Shown piece after piece: positions 48,818 through 57,004 of a stretch of DNA of 64,000 nucleotides. This DNA is from an uncultured Thermodesulfobacteriota bacterium (GTDB lineage Bacteria > Desulfobacterota > JAFDED01): positions 12,720 to 76,719 of the forward strand of contig CAZTAS010000002.1 in NCBI GenBank assembly GCA_964611635.1. Reading direction: 5' to 3'. The number at the start of each line of letters is the position of its first letter. The first letter of the stretch is position 1. The position numbers and the translations under genes were made by a program. Under the pieces are notes generated by a model. That model was not told where the DNA came from and ran no database searches. It saw nothing but the letters and a program-made list of their open reading frames with translations.

Positions 48818-49318
48818 TTATTGTCCAATCCCTATGGCAAGTTTGAAAGGAAGAATTCCCTGTGGCAATTCAATGCCCAGGAGGCTGAAAATAATATAGA
48901 TGATCACCGTCATTACTGCCCCTGATGCTATGCACTTTCCCCAGGATTTCAGGCCCAATGTATAAATGAAAAAAAGGAGAAAAATAGGGCTTATGATTAA
49001 AAATCCTATTCTTTTCATCAATTCAAAATAAAGCCAACACGCTGTTACTGCCAAAAATGAGCTAAAGAAGGATTTGAAGGTAATGCTCTTTAAACCAGAA
49101 GTGGTTTCATTGCGATATCGATCAAAAATCAATACAACGGAAAGGAGAAGCGAAAGGACAACGGCCAAAACGGGAAAGAATCCAAGGGTAAATCCATCAC
49201 GGAGCTTTCTATGAACCCAGGGGGAGATCTCTAGATAGATAAGAAAAGCACTGAAGAATAATGTAAGAATAAGACCTAACCCCTGATTGCATCTTATCCA
49301 TTTGCGAAAGTTCTGCAT
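48818..49318 (-). CDS. tctB: TctB-family small membrane subunit
   Basis: 166 aa with four hydrophobic segments. There is a 2-nt gap to tctA. Confidence 0.65.
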   Translation of the reverse strand: MQNFRKWIRCNQGLGLILTLFFSAFLIYLEISPWVHRKLRDGFTLGFFPVLAVVLSLLLSVVLIFDRYRNETTSGLKSITFKSFFSSFLAVTACWLYFELMKRIGFLIISPIFLLFFIYTLGLKSWGKCIASGAVMTVIIYIIFSLLGIELPQGILPFKLAIGIGQ

Positions 49319-49332
49319 TATTTCAAAGCTTC

Positions 49333-49408
49333 GTAGGGTGGGCTGTGCCCACCATTAATAGCTATTTGGTTTATCACAGCTTTGGATGGTGGGCACTGCC
49401 CACCCTAC
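49333..49408. repeat. REP-like composite palindromic element in the tctC-tctB spacer
   Basis: Arms are GTAGGGTGGGCTGTGCCCACC (49333-49353) and GGTGGGCACTGCCCACCCTAC (49388-49408), in inverted orientation with a 34-nt AT-rich spacer. This is the same family as 21501-21574. Confidence 0.8.
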
Positions 49409-49551
49409 AATTCTAAAAAAATCAGCCAGTTCCCCCGTTGCCGGTTAATCTGAAACGGTTAACGGGAGAACTGGACTGCGGGCAAAACAGTGTAACTTCA
49501 TTCACAAGTCGGCATAAGGCCGGCTGAGCTTATATCAGGCAGCGACAGATC

Positions 49552-50511
49552 TTATTTCACCAGCTTCGTAGCTTTCTTCATGGCCTCTACCATCTTTTTA
49601 TAATCCTTTTGTGCCTCTTCAATGGGCATGAAGTTGATCTCTTCTCCTAATTTTTTAATGAAATTGACCACGGCCTTGTCTTTAAGGAGGCTGTCGAACT
49701 TTTCAGACATGAATTTCGCTATTTCATCAGGGGTGTCGGGATGAACTCCGATCCACCTTGGAAATGCCATTCCTTCATAGCCCAGGTCTTTGGCACTGGG
49801 AACACCTTTGAATTCTTTGACCTTTTCGGAAATGGGTATATAGCTTGTATTAACAACCGCCACTGCCTTCTGGGGAATCAGGGGCACAAGTGAAGAAGCG
49901 GTCCCCGCCATGGCATGAATATGGCCGCCAAGAAAATCGGCAATAGCATCTCCAGTACTGGAATAAGGTACATAGGTGACCTTTAGACCGGCTTGTTCAA
50001 TCAAATTTGCTGATCCCACAATATTTGACAGGGTTGCTCCAAGGGTAATTTTGCCTGGATTCTTTTTTGCATAATCTTTGAATCCATCCCAGTTCGCCCA
50101 TGGCTTATCAGGCTGACTGGCGATGATTGATCTAAAGGCAGAGACATAACAGACAATCTTGATCTCAAAAGGGCTGATGGGGGGCTTTTCTTCCATTAAC
50201 AGAGAAAGCACCGGTGTAGAACTGCCCTGAATCATGGTATAGCCATCGGGCGGTCTGTTCAACCCTTCCTTCCACCCGACGACCCCGGAAGCCCCCGGGA
50301 TGTTTACGACATGCCATGGCTGGCCAAAATGATCTATGGCTGACGAGGACATGATCCGAGCCCATCGGTCTGTTCCACCTCCTGCTGCAAAGACAACTAT
50401 GTAGGTGATCATTTTTTCCGGGTATTTGCCATATGCCAGATTATTGGAAAAACCCGTCAAAACAAAACCTGCCAAAAGAAGAATGGTTATAAAAACATAT
50501 AAACGTCTCAT
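49552..50511 (-). CDS. tctC: TctC/Bug-family substrate-binding protein (Sec signal)
   Basis: YPEKMITYIVVFAAGGGTDRWAR is the TctC core. The N-terminus is a hydrophobic signal. Confidence 0.85.
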   Translation of the reverse strand: MRRLYVFITILLLAGFVLTGFSNNLAYGKYPEKMITYIVVFAAGGGTDRWARIMSSSAIDHFGQPWHVVNIPGASGVVGWKEGLNRPPDGYTMIQGSSTPVLSLLMEEKPPISPFEIKIVCYVSAFRSIIASQPDKPWANWDGFKDYAKKNPGKITLGATLSNIVGSANLIEQAGLKVTYVPYSSTGDAIADFLGGHIHAMAGTASSLVPLIPQKAVAVVNTSYIPISEKVKEFKGVPSAKDLGYEGMAFPRWIGVHPDTPDEIAKFMSEKFDSLLKDKAVVNFIKKLGEEINFMPIEEAQKDYKKMVEAMKKATKLVK

Positions 50512-50549
50512 CTTTCCCCTCCTTGTTTGGTTTAAAGTAGCTCAAAGAT

Positions 50550-50866
50550 TTACAGCTTAAAACGTTTTGTGCAAGACCAGAAGATTTGGCGGTTGAATAC
50601 CGTGTTAATAACCCGGAAGCCTTGCTCGGTAAGTGTCTCCTCCAGAGATCTTGCACCTTTCATAAAGTTGGGAACTTTGGGCTCTGCCACGAAGCTCCCT
50701 TCCCCTGAACCTTAATGATAATTTCCTACATTTCAAGGCGCCTAATGGCGATTCTCACGGTCATCCGGCTTATGCCACAGCTCTGGATCAGATCGTTCTC
50801 ATATGGGACGGGCTCTCTATGCTGAAATCTATTCCTCTGAATATAATCCGCAAGAATATCTGCCAG
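50550..50866 (-). pseudogene. Decayed GntR/HutC-family regulator
   Basis: My minus-strand reading gives LADILADYIQRNRFQHREPVPYENDLIQSCGISRMTVRIAIRRLEM*EIIIKVQ. A shifted frame then gives GEGSFVAEPKVPNFMKGARSLEETLTEQGFRVINTVFNRQ... The winged-HTH block and the G.G.FV hinge are recognisable. There is no start codon (TAA immediately upstream), one in-frame stop and one frameshift, and the effector domain is truncated. Confidence 0.55.
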
Positions 50867-51487
50867 TTAAACATAACATAAATTTATAGTCATGGATATC
50901 CAAATCTTTGAGGTTCAGCAGGCTGGTTTCTATTTAAATCACACGTTTTGAAATATGAGACATTCCCGGGTTCAAACAAAGCTTGATCATGAGTTATAAT
51001 AATATATAAACATATCTTGTCAAGCATTATTTTCTTTAGCACTTTTGACCTCTAGCTATTGAATGCTGTCTACTTGAGAGTATTCGGCAAAAGGAGCCTC
51101 TGGTGCTCCAGCAGAATTAGATGAATACCGTACGATACAACGGGCAAATGCTGAGTGGTGTTTTACTTCGGCAGCATTGTGTCGGTAATGGAGATTGTGC
51201 TGCTGCTGGAAAGGCTCACGGATATGGAGGCAGAGCAGACTCATCTCAGCCGAGAGCTCCGAGTATTTCAGATTAATAAAGGAGTTCGAGAACCTGGACA
51301 TACAGATCAATCAGTTTCTGGTCTAAACCAAAATTGAGAGATTCATCAGCAAAAGCAGTACCACTTTGGGTAATATCTAAGCAACTATTGGCATCGTTTG
51401 GGTTCTTACCTAAGAGGGGTCATAATAGGCTAATCATTTACGACGGGTGGTTGCGCCACTATTAGACTCGACCCTTAACAAAATTAC

Positions 51488-51516
51488 TTGACACAATGAA
51501 ATTGAGTTTGTAGTAT
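51488..51516 (+). promoter_or_regulatory. Candidate sigma70-like promoter (TTGACA-N17-TAGTAT) for the SBP gene
   Basis: TTGACA at 51488-51493 and TAGTAT at 51511-51516, about 90 nt upstream of the ATG at 51606, which has an AAAGGAGGT Shine-Dalgarno. Confidence 0.4.
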
Positions 51517-51605
51517 GCAATAAATGTTTTTAATAAGCGTAAAGAGAGACTTATATTTAGGTCCAAAACCGATATTAATCCCATAAAAAGAAAAAGGAGG
51601 TAACG

Positions 51606-52835
51606 ATGAAAAATCTTACATTTTTGGTATTGGCCCTGGGTTTTGTATTTGTTTTCTCTTTTTCACAGGTTCTGGCGGCGGAGATAAAGATTGGCACTCT
51701 GTTCGCTTATACAGGTCCTCTGGCGGAGTTTGGTCCGCACCACAAAAATGGAGCTGAACTGGCTGCAAAGCATTTGGAAGCTGCCGGGTTGAAGCTTAAA
51801 TTGGTGCATGAAGACAGCGAGACATCCGCCATACCTGCCACCAGCGCCGCAAAAAAGCTGGTGGAGATAAATAAAGTCGTGGCTATCGTTGGCGCCCTTG
51901 CAAGTGGAGTAACCATACCTGTGGCGGAGTCCGTTACGCTGCCCAATGACATTTTGCAAATATCCAATGCATCTACATCGCCATTGATAACGGTTTTGCC
52001 TGCCGATAAAGGCAAGGATTTCCTCTTCAGAACATGCCCGTCCGATGCTCTTCAAGGCGTGATCTCAGGCAAACTGGCGGCGGATTTAGGTTACAAGACA
52101 GCATCAATTCTTTATGTGAACAATCCTTATGGGCAGGGGCTTGCGGAGCAGTTCAAAGAATCTTTTGAGGCCAGGGGGGGGAAAGTCCTTTCAATGGTTC
52201 CCCATGACGAGAAGGCTGCTCCCACATATACTGCGGAGCTGAAAAAGGCGTTGGCGGACAAGCCTGATATAATAGGCGCCTTCAGCTACCCGGGGCACTC
52301 TACCATTTATCTTAAAGATGCCATCGAGATGTTCAAATTTAAGAATTTCCTGTTTTGCGATGGCACCAAATCCTTTGAGAATGTGAAAGCTGTCGGGGCC
52401 GAAAGTCTTGAAGGATTATATGGAACCGCTCCGGGTTCCGCCCTCAATCCATCGTATGATGCTTTCCTGGCGGAATATGCCAAGGCCTACGGCTCTTTCC
52501 CCCCATTACCCTTCGTGACCAATGCATATGATGCTATGTCGGTAATCGGTCTGGCTATACTAAAAGCTCAGGCCAAAGGACAGCCCATAACCTCTCAGAG
52601 CATAAGGGATAATTTAAGAGCGGTGGCCAATCCACCGGGTGAGGTGATTAAGCCGGGAGAATTCAAAAAAGCGGCGGACTTGATCAAGCAGGGGAAGGAT
52701 ATAAATTATGAAGGAGCCGCGGGATCCGTGGACTTTGACGAAAATGGAGACGTTGTAACTCCTATAGAGGTCTGGAAATATCACAATGGCGAGATGGTCA
52801 CGGTGAGGATGGAGTTCGAAGTTCCAAAGGAATAA
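51606..52835 (+). CDS. ABC transporter substrate-binding protein, branched-chain amino acid (LivK/Peripla_BP_6) family
   Basis: The signal peptide is followed by EIKIGTLFAYTGPLAEFG. 409 aa. It is adjacent to the livHMGF-type genes. Confidence 0.85.
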   Translation: MKNLTFLVLALGFVFVFSFSQVLAAEIKIGTLFAYTGPLAEFGPHHKNGAELAAKHLEAAGLKLKLVHEDSETSAIPATSAAKKLVEINKVVAIVGALASGVTIPVAESVTLPNDILQISNASTSPLITVLPADKGKDFLFRTCPSDALQGVISGKLAADLGYKTASILYVNNPYGQGLAEQFKESFEARGGKVLSMVPHDEKAAPTYTAELKKALADKPDIIGAFSYPGHSTIYLKDAIEMFKFKNFLFCDGTKSFENVKAVGAESLEGLYGTAPGSALNPSYDAFLAEYAKAYGSFPPLPFVTNAYDAMSVIGLAILKAQAKGQPITSQSIRDNLRAVANPPGEVIKPGEFKKAADLIKQGKDINYEGAAGSVDFDENGDVVTPIEVWKYHNGEMVTVRMEFEVPKE

Positions 52836-52855
52836 AGTAAAAATTACCGTAAAAA

Positions 52856-52888
52856 GGGGGGGCTCATATGCGTAGCCTCCCTTTTTTT
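52856..52888. terminator. Bidirectional intrinsic-terminator-like hairpin between the convergent SBP gene and livM
   Basis: GGGGGGC (52857-52863) pairs with GCCTCCC (52875-52881), including one G.U. The hairpin is flanked by AAAAA upstream and TTTTTTT downstream (52882-52888). Confidence 0.55.
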
Positions 52889-53897
52889 AATTCTCTTCCA
52901 GGTGCTTTGATACTATTTTTTCCTCACCCAGTATACCCTGAGGCCTGTAGAGCAAAATAATCTCTAAAAGAATGCCGACTATCAAAAACCTGATGTAAGG
53001 TGCTCTTGATTTGATGGTATAAGGCAGCAAATCGGTTGCAAACTTGGAGCCTTCCATCCACAATCCCCAGATCATAAAAGCACCAAAGATCGCCCCTTTG
53101 TTGTTGCCGCTTCCGCCGGCCATGAGCATGACCCATATTATGAAAGTCCCGTAAAGGGGCTCGAAGACACCGGGGGAGATAGCCCGAGTGTAATGAGCGT
53201 ATAAAGCTCCCCCAATCCCCATTATCATTGAGCCGAAGACAAGGGCCTGCATTTTAAACCCCGTGATATCTTTGCCCATCATGGCTGTGGAGACTTCGTC
53301 CTCTCGGATAGCCCTCAGCACCCTTCCCCATGGGGACCTTATGGCGCGCTCAATGGAAATATATATTACAATTACAAAGGCTATCACAATTATCAAATAT
53401 AAGTAATTGTAATTTTTTGGCAAGACCAGCCAGGAGAGAGGCTGGGGAATGCCCATCAACCCTCTGGGCCCATTGGCGAGCCATCTTTCATTGTTGAATA
53501 TGAGGCGCACCGTTTCGGCTATCCCGATGGTGGCAATGGCAAGATAATCTTCCCGAAGCTTTAAGGTGGGCTTGCCGATCAGGTATGCTATGGCGCCGCA
53601 GACAGCGGCCGCCCCCAGAACCCCGAAGATAAAATGAAGATTAAGCCCGAAGATTTGCTTGACATAGTGCGCATATAAACCCGTGGGCATTTGTGTTGTT
53701 ATCAAAGCGGAGCTGTAGGCACCAATGGCAAAAAAACCGGCAATACCTATGTTGAAAAGCCCTGTGTAACCCCACTGCATATTCAAGCCCAGAGCAAAAA
53801 CAGCATATATGCCTCCCATAATCAAGAATGATGTTATATATGCCAGCAAGCCACTCAAGTCCAAAACATGCCTCACATGTAAAATTACACTTATCAT
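52887..53897 (-). CDS. livM: Branched-chain amino acid ABC transporter permease (LivM-like)
   Basis: 336 aa, polytopic. ALGLNMQWGYTGLFNIGIAGFFAIGAY is the LivM-type motif. Confidence 0.85.
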   Translation of the reverse strand: MISVILHVRHVLDLSGLLAYITSFLIMGGIYAVFALGLNMQWGYTGLFNIGIAGFFAIGAYSSALITTQMPTGLYAHYVKQIFGLNLHFIFGVLGAAAVCGAIAYLIGKPTLKLREDYLAIATIGIAETVRLIFNNERWLANGPRGLMGIPQPLSWLVLPKNYNYLYLIIVIAFVIVIYISIERAIRSPWGRVLRAIREDEVSTAMMGKDITGFKMQALVFGSMIMGIGGALYAHYTRAISPGVFEPLYGTFIIWVMLMAGGSGNNKGAIFGAFMIWGLWMEGSKFATDLLPYTIKSRAPYIRFLIVGILLEIILLYRPQGILGEEKIVSKHLEEN

Positions 53898-54005
53898 TGC
53901 AAAATTAGCATTGAAAATTTAGCATAGTTGGCGAGTTGTGCGTTTCGCGTTTGACTCGCAACTCGTAACACGTTCATTATTGTATTGCTAATTTTGCATT
54001 GCTAA

Positions 54006-54926
54006 TTACTTTTTGGCCTGGCCGAAGATCCCCTGGGGCCTGAAAAGCAATATAACGATCATTATAATGAATGCTACCGCTGGTTTATACGTGGGCTGGA
54101 CATACGGAATGGCAGTGGAAAGTTGTTGAACAATGCCTATAACCATTCCGCCGATGAGGGCGCCGTAAACATTTCCTATTCCCCCCAGAATCGTGGCTGC
54201 AAAAAGAGGAAGGATGAAATGCCAGCCCATCCCCGGCCTTAATTGCACATCTATTCCATATAATATACCTCCTGCCGCTGCAAGAGCGCCGCCGATACAC
54301 CATGTCCATAATATTACTCTGTCAGTATCTATGCCCGTAATCCATGCAAGCTCAATATTATCAGATGTTGCTCGCATGGCTTTGCCCATCTTGGTTCTGC
54401 TCAAAAATATATGGAGCGAAAACACGAGGCCAAAAGCGATTAACAGGATCAATATCTGGTCAGGCCTTATGTTTATTCCCAGAGGCAGAGCGATGGCGGG
54501 CCTCAATTTGCCGGGGTTATAATAGTGGAAGTCGGCTCCCCATATAATGAATATTATGCTTCTGAGGATAAAAGAAACACCCAGGGCAGACATGGCCAAA
54601 ATTACAGGGCCTGAATTTTTACTTCTTAAAGGCGAAAAAAGGATTTTGTTAAGAAATACGGCCAGAGAAGCCACAAAAAGCATCCCCAGAGGAAAGCTCA
54701 GCAACATGCGATAACCGAAGGAGAAGGGTCCCAATGTTGTGTCTGGGACTCCCATCCAGGCGAAGAAGTCTGTGACCAGAAAGAGCACAACATATGCACC
54801 CATGGTCATAAGCTCGCCATGAGCGAAATTGGCAAAACGCAATATTCCATAAATCAAAGTAAGCCCAATGGCACCCAGGGCGATAATGCTGCCCAACAAA
54901 ATGCCATATACTGCCAATTCCAGCAA
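54006..54926 (-). CDS. livH: Branched-chain amino acid ABC transporter permease (LivH-like)
   Basis: 306 aa. YGILLGSIIALGAIGLTLIYGILRFANFAHGE is the LivH-type N-terminus. Confidence 0.85.
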   Translation of the reverse strand: MLELAVYGILLGSIIALGAIGLTLIYGILRFANFAHGELMTMGAYVVLFLVTDFFAWMGVPDTTLGPFSFGYRMLLSFPLGMLFVASLAVFLNKILFSPLRSKNSGPVILAMSALGVSFILRSIIFIIWGADFHYYNPGKLRPAIALPLGINIRPDQILILLIAFGLVFSLHIFLSRTKMGKAMRATSDNIELAWITGIDTDRVILWTWCIGGALAAAGGILYGIDVQLRPGMGWHFILPLFAATILGGIGNVYGALIGGMVIGIVQQLSTAIPYVQPTYKPAVAFIIMIVILLFRPQGIFGQAKK

Positions 54927-54931
54927 TTCTG

Positions 54932-55636
54932 TCAGCCCCCCAGATAGAGTCTCCCTACTTCAGGATCATTCAGAAGCTCTTTGCCCTTCCCTTCAAATTT
55001 CTTCTCTCCCATGGCCAGGACATAACCTCTATCTGAATGGGATAAAGCTTTTTTTGCATTTTGTTCTACCATCAAGATGGCAACGCTCGATTTTTTTATC
55101 TCCTCGATCTTTACAAATATTTCTTCTACCAGCTTGGGTGCCAGTCCGGCAGATGGCTCGTCCAGAAGTAGCACCTGAGGATTGAGCATCAGTGCTCTTC
55201 CCATGGCTAGCATCTGCTGTTCGCCCCCACTCAAACTACCAGCCCTTTGCCTCTTTCTTTCTTGAAGAATAGGAAAGTAATTGAATATTTCCTGGAGTCT
55301 TTGGGAAAAATCATCATCCCGAATATAGGCTCCCATTTCAAGATTTTCCAAGACAGCAAGGGATGGGAATATGTTGTTAGATTGGGGCACATAGCACATC
55401 CCTTTGCGCACTATTTTGTCCGGTCGTAAGTTGGTTATGTTTTCTCCATTGAAGTGAACGGAGCCCTGGGTGGGTTTTATAAATCCAAAAATGGTCTTCA
55501 TAAGAGTGGACTTCCCAGCTCCATTTGGCCCTATAATAGCGACAATTTCTCTTTTTTCCACATATATGGAGACATCGTGCAGGATTTCGGTTTCCCCATA
55601 ACCCGATCTGATACCCTCTGCTTTCAAAATACTCAT
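54932..55636 (-). CDS. livF: ABC transporter ATP-binding protein (LivF-like)
   Basis: Walker A is GPNGAGKST, the signature is LSGGEQQ and Walker B is LLLDEPS. I prefer the ATG at 55636 over the TTG at 55663. Confidence 0.85.
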   Translation of the reverse strand: MSILKAEGIRSGYGETEILHDVSIYVEKREIVAIIGPNGAGKSTLMKTIFGFIKPTQGSVHFNGENITNLRPDKIVRKGMCYVPQSNNIFPSLAVLENLEMGAYIRDDDFSQRLQEIFNYFPILQERKRQRAGSLSGGEQQMLAMGRALMLNPQVLLLDEPSAGLAPKLVEEIFVKIEEIKKSSVAILMVEQNAKKALSHSDRGYVLAMGEKKFEGKGKELLNDPEVGRLYLGG

Positions 55637-55640
55637 TGCT

Positions 55641-56390
55641 TCATTCCCCAAGATATGCCTCAAGGACCCTGTTGTCCTTTTTGATCTCTTGGGGCGTGCC
55701 CTCTGCTAATATCGTGCCTTTGTTCATGACTATCACTTTATCGCAAAGGCTGGTTATAAGGTCCATGTCGTGCTCTATCAAGAAAAAAGTTCTTCCCTCT
55801 TCTCTAAGATCGAGGATTTTGTCCGTCAATTTCATCATCAGCGTGGGATTTACCCCTGCCCCGGGCTCATCCAGCAAAATCATATTAGGGTCACCCATCA
55901 AAATCCGAGCGAGTTCTAAAAGCTTTTTCTGTCCCGAGGAGAGATTTTTTGCGAATTCATTTTTGAGATCGATGAGTTCCACAAATTCCAAGACAGACTC
56001 AGCCTTATCCTTTATCTCTTTTTCTTGTTTCTTTATGGAAGAGAATCTTAACCAGGAATTCCAGATCTTTTCTCCAATTTGTCCAGAAGGAACCACCATC
56101 AGATTTTCCAGTACCGTCATTTCCTTTAATTCCCTGGGAATCTGAAAAGTCCGGCACAGTGATTTGTGGAAAATCCCGTGCGGCGGGAGGCCATCAATCC
56201 GCTCTTCTTTGAACCAGATGGCTCCAATTTCAGGTTTAAAAAAACCGGTGACGAGATTGAAAAGAGTGGTTTTCCCCGCCCCATTTGGTCCTATAAGACC
56301 CGTTATAGAACCTTGGCTGACGCGGAGGTTGCAGTTATCAACGGCCTTTATTCCCCCAAAACTTTTATACAAATTTTCAATCCTTAGCAA
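55641..56390 (-). CDS. livG: ABC transporter ATP-binding protein (LivG-like)
   Basis: Walker A is GPNGAGKTT, the signature is LSSGQKK and Walker B is ILLDEPGAG. The N-terminus LRIENLYKSFGGIKAV is LivG-type. Confidence 0.85.
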   Translation of the reverse strand: MLRIENLYKSFGGIKAVDNCNLRVSQGSITGLIGPNGAGKTTLFNLVTGFFKPEIGAIWFKEERIDGLPPHGIFHKSLCRTFQIPRELKEMTVLENLMVVPSGQIGEKIWNSWLRFSSIKKQEKEIKDKAESVLEFVELIDLKNEFAKNLSSGQKKLLELARILMGDPNMILLDEPGAGVNPTLMMKLTDKILDLREEGRTFFLIEHDMDLITSLCDKVIVMNKGTILAEGTPQEIKKDNRVLEAYLGE

Positions 56391-57004
56391 TCTGTTCCGC
56401 CTCCATCAACTCTCAAATAATTATTTTTAAGTTGTTTTAGCAAAAAGATTTACGAAATTTGAAATCTCTCCTGAGAAAAATTACTGGCAGCATTTTGAAG
56501 GCTCGAGTACCCTCAGCGTCAGCGGATTTTGGACTGTTCCACTATGATGAAGATTCGCAAAAGCATCGATCCCCTGAATATGGAGCACTTCAATCGGGTC
56601 ACACTGGAATGCTGGACGAATATGATGCTCATTTAGAACGAGTGCCACCGAATGGAAACCGCTACCCCGCCCGAGTATCTCGTTTATCCCATTGATACGG
56701 TCCCGCTCCTCAAGCTTGGCAGCATGCTCGTGGCAAAAAATGCCGAATTCCACGAATTCCCTTTAACCTGGAACTCCCGCAGCTTGCCACGGGGATGAAG
56801 TCTAAAAAAATTTTTCCGCATTATTGGCAGAGCGAAGCCAGCGTGCTAGCCCGCAGCTTGCTTCGTGGAGAGTTCATTTTCTTCTTTAGGCCCTGGCGAC
56901 GTGGTAATCTCATAGCCTGGAAAGTAACTGTATCTATGAAGCCCTGCCTCAACGCAACCCATACAACTTATGTAAAGAAAGATTACAGATTATACGTTTG
57001 AAGA

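Noticed and set aside
56481-56753. A 90-aa minus-strand ORF (MEFGIFCHEHAAKLEERDRINGINEILGRG...).
   Set aside because: There is no family resemblance, no clear RBS, and it sits isolated in a repeat-containing gap. The evidence is insufficient for a CDS call.
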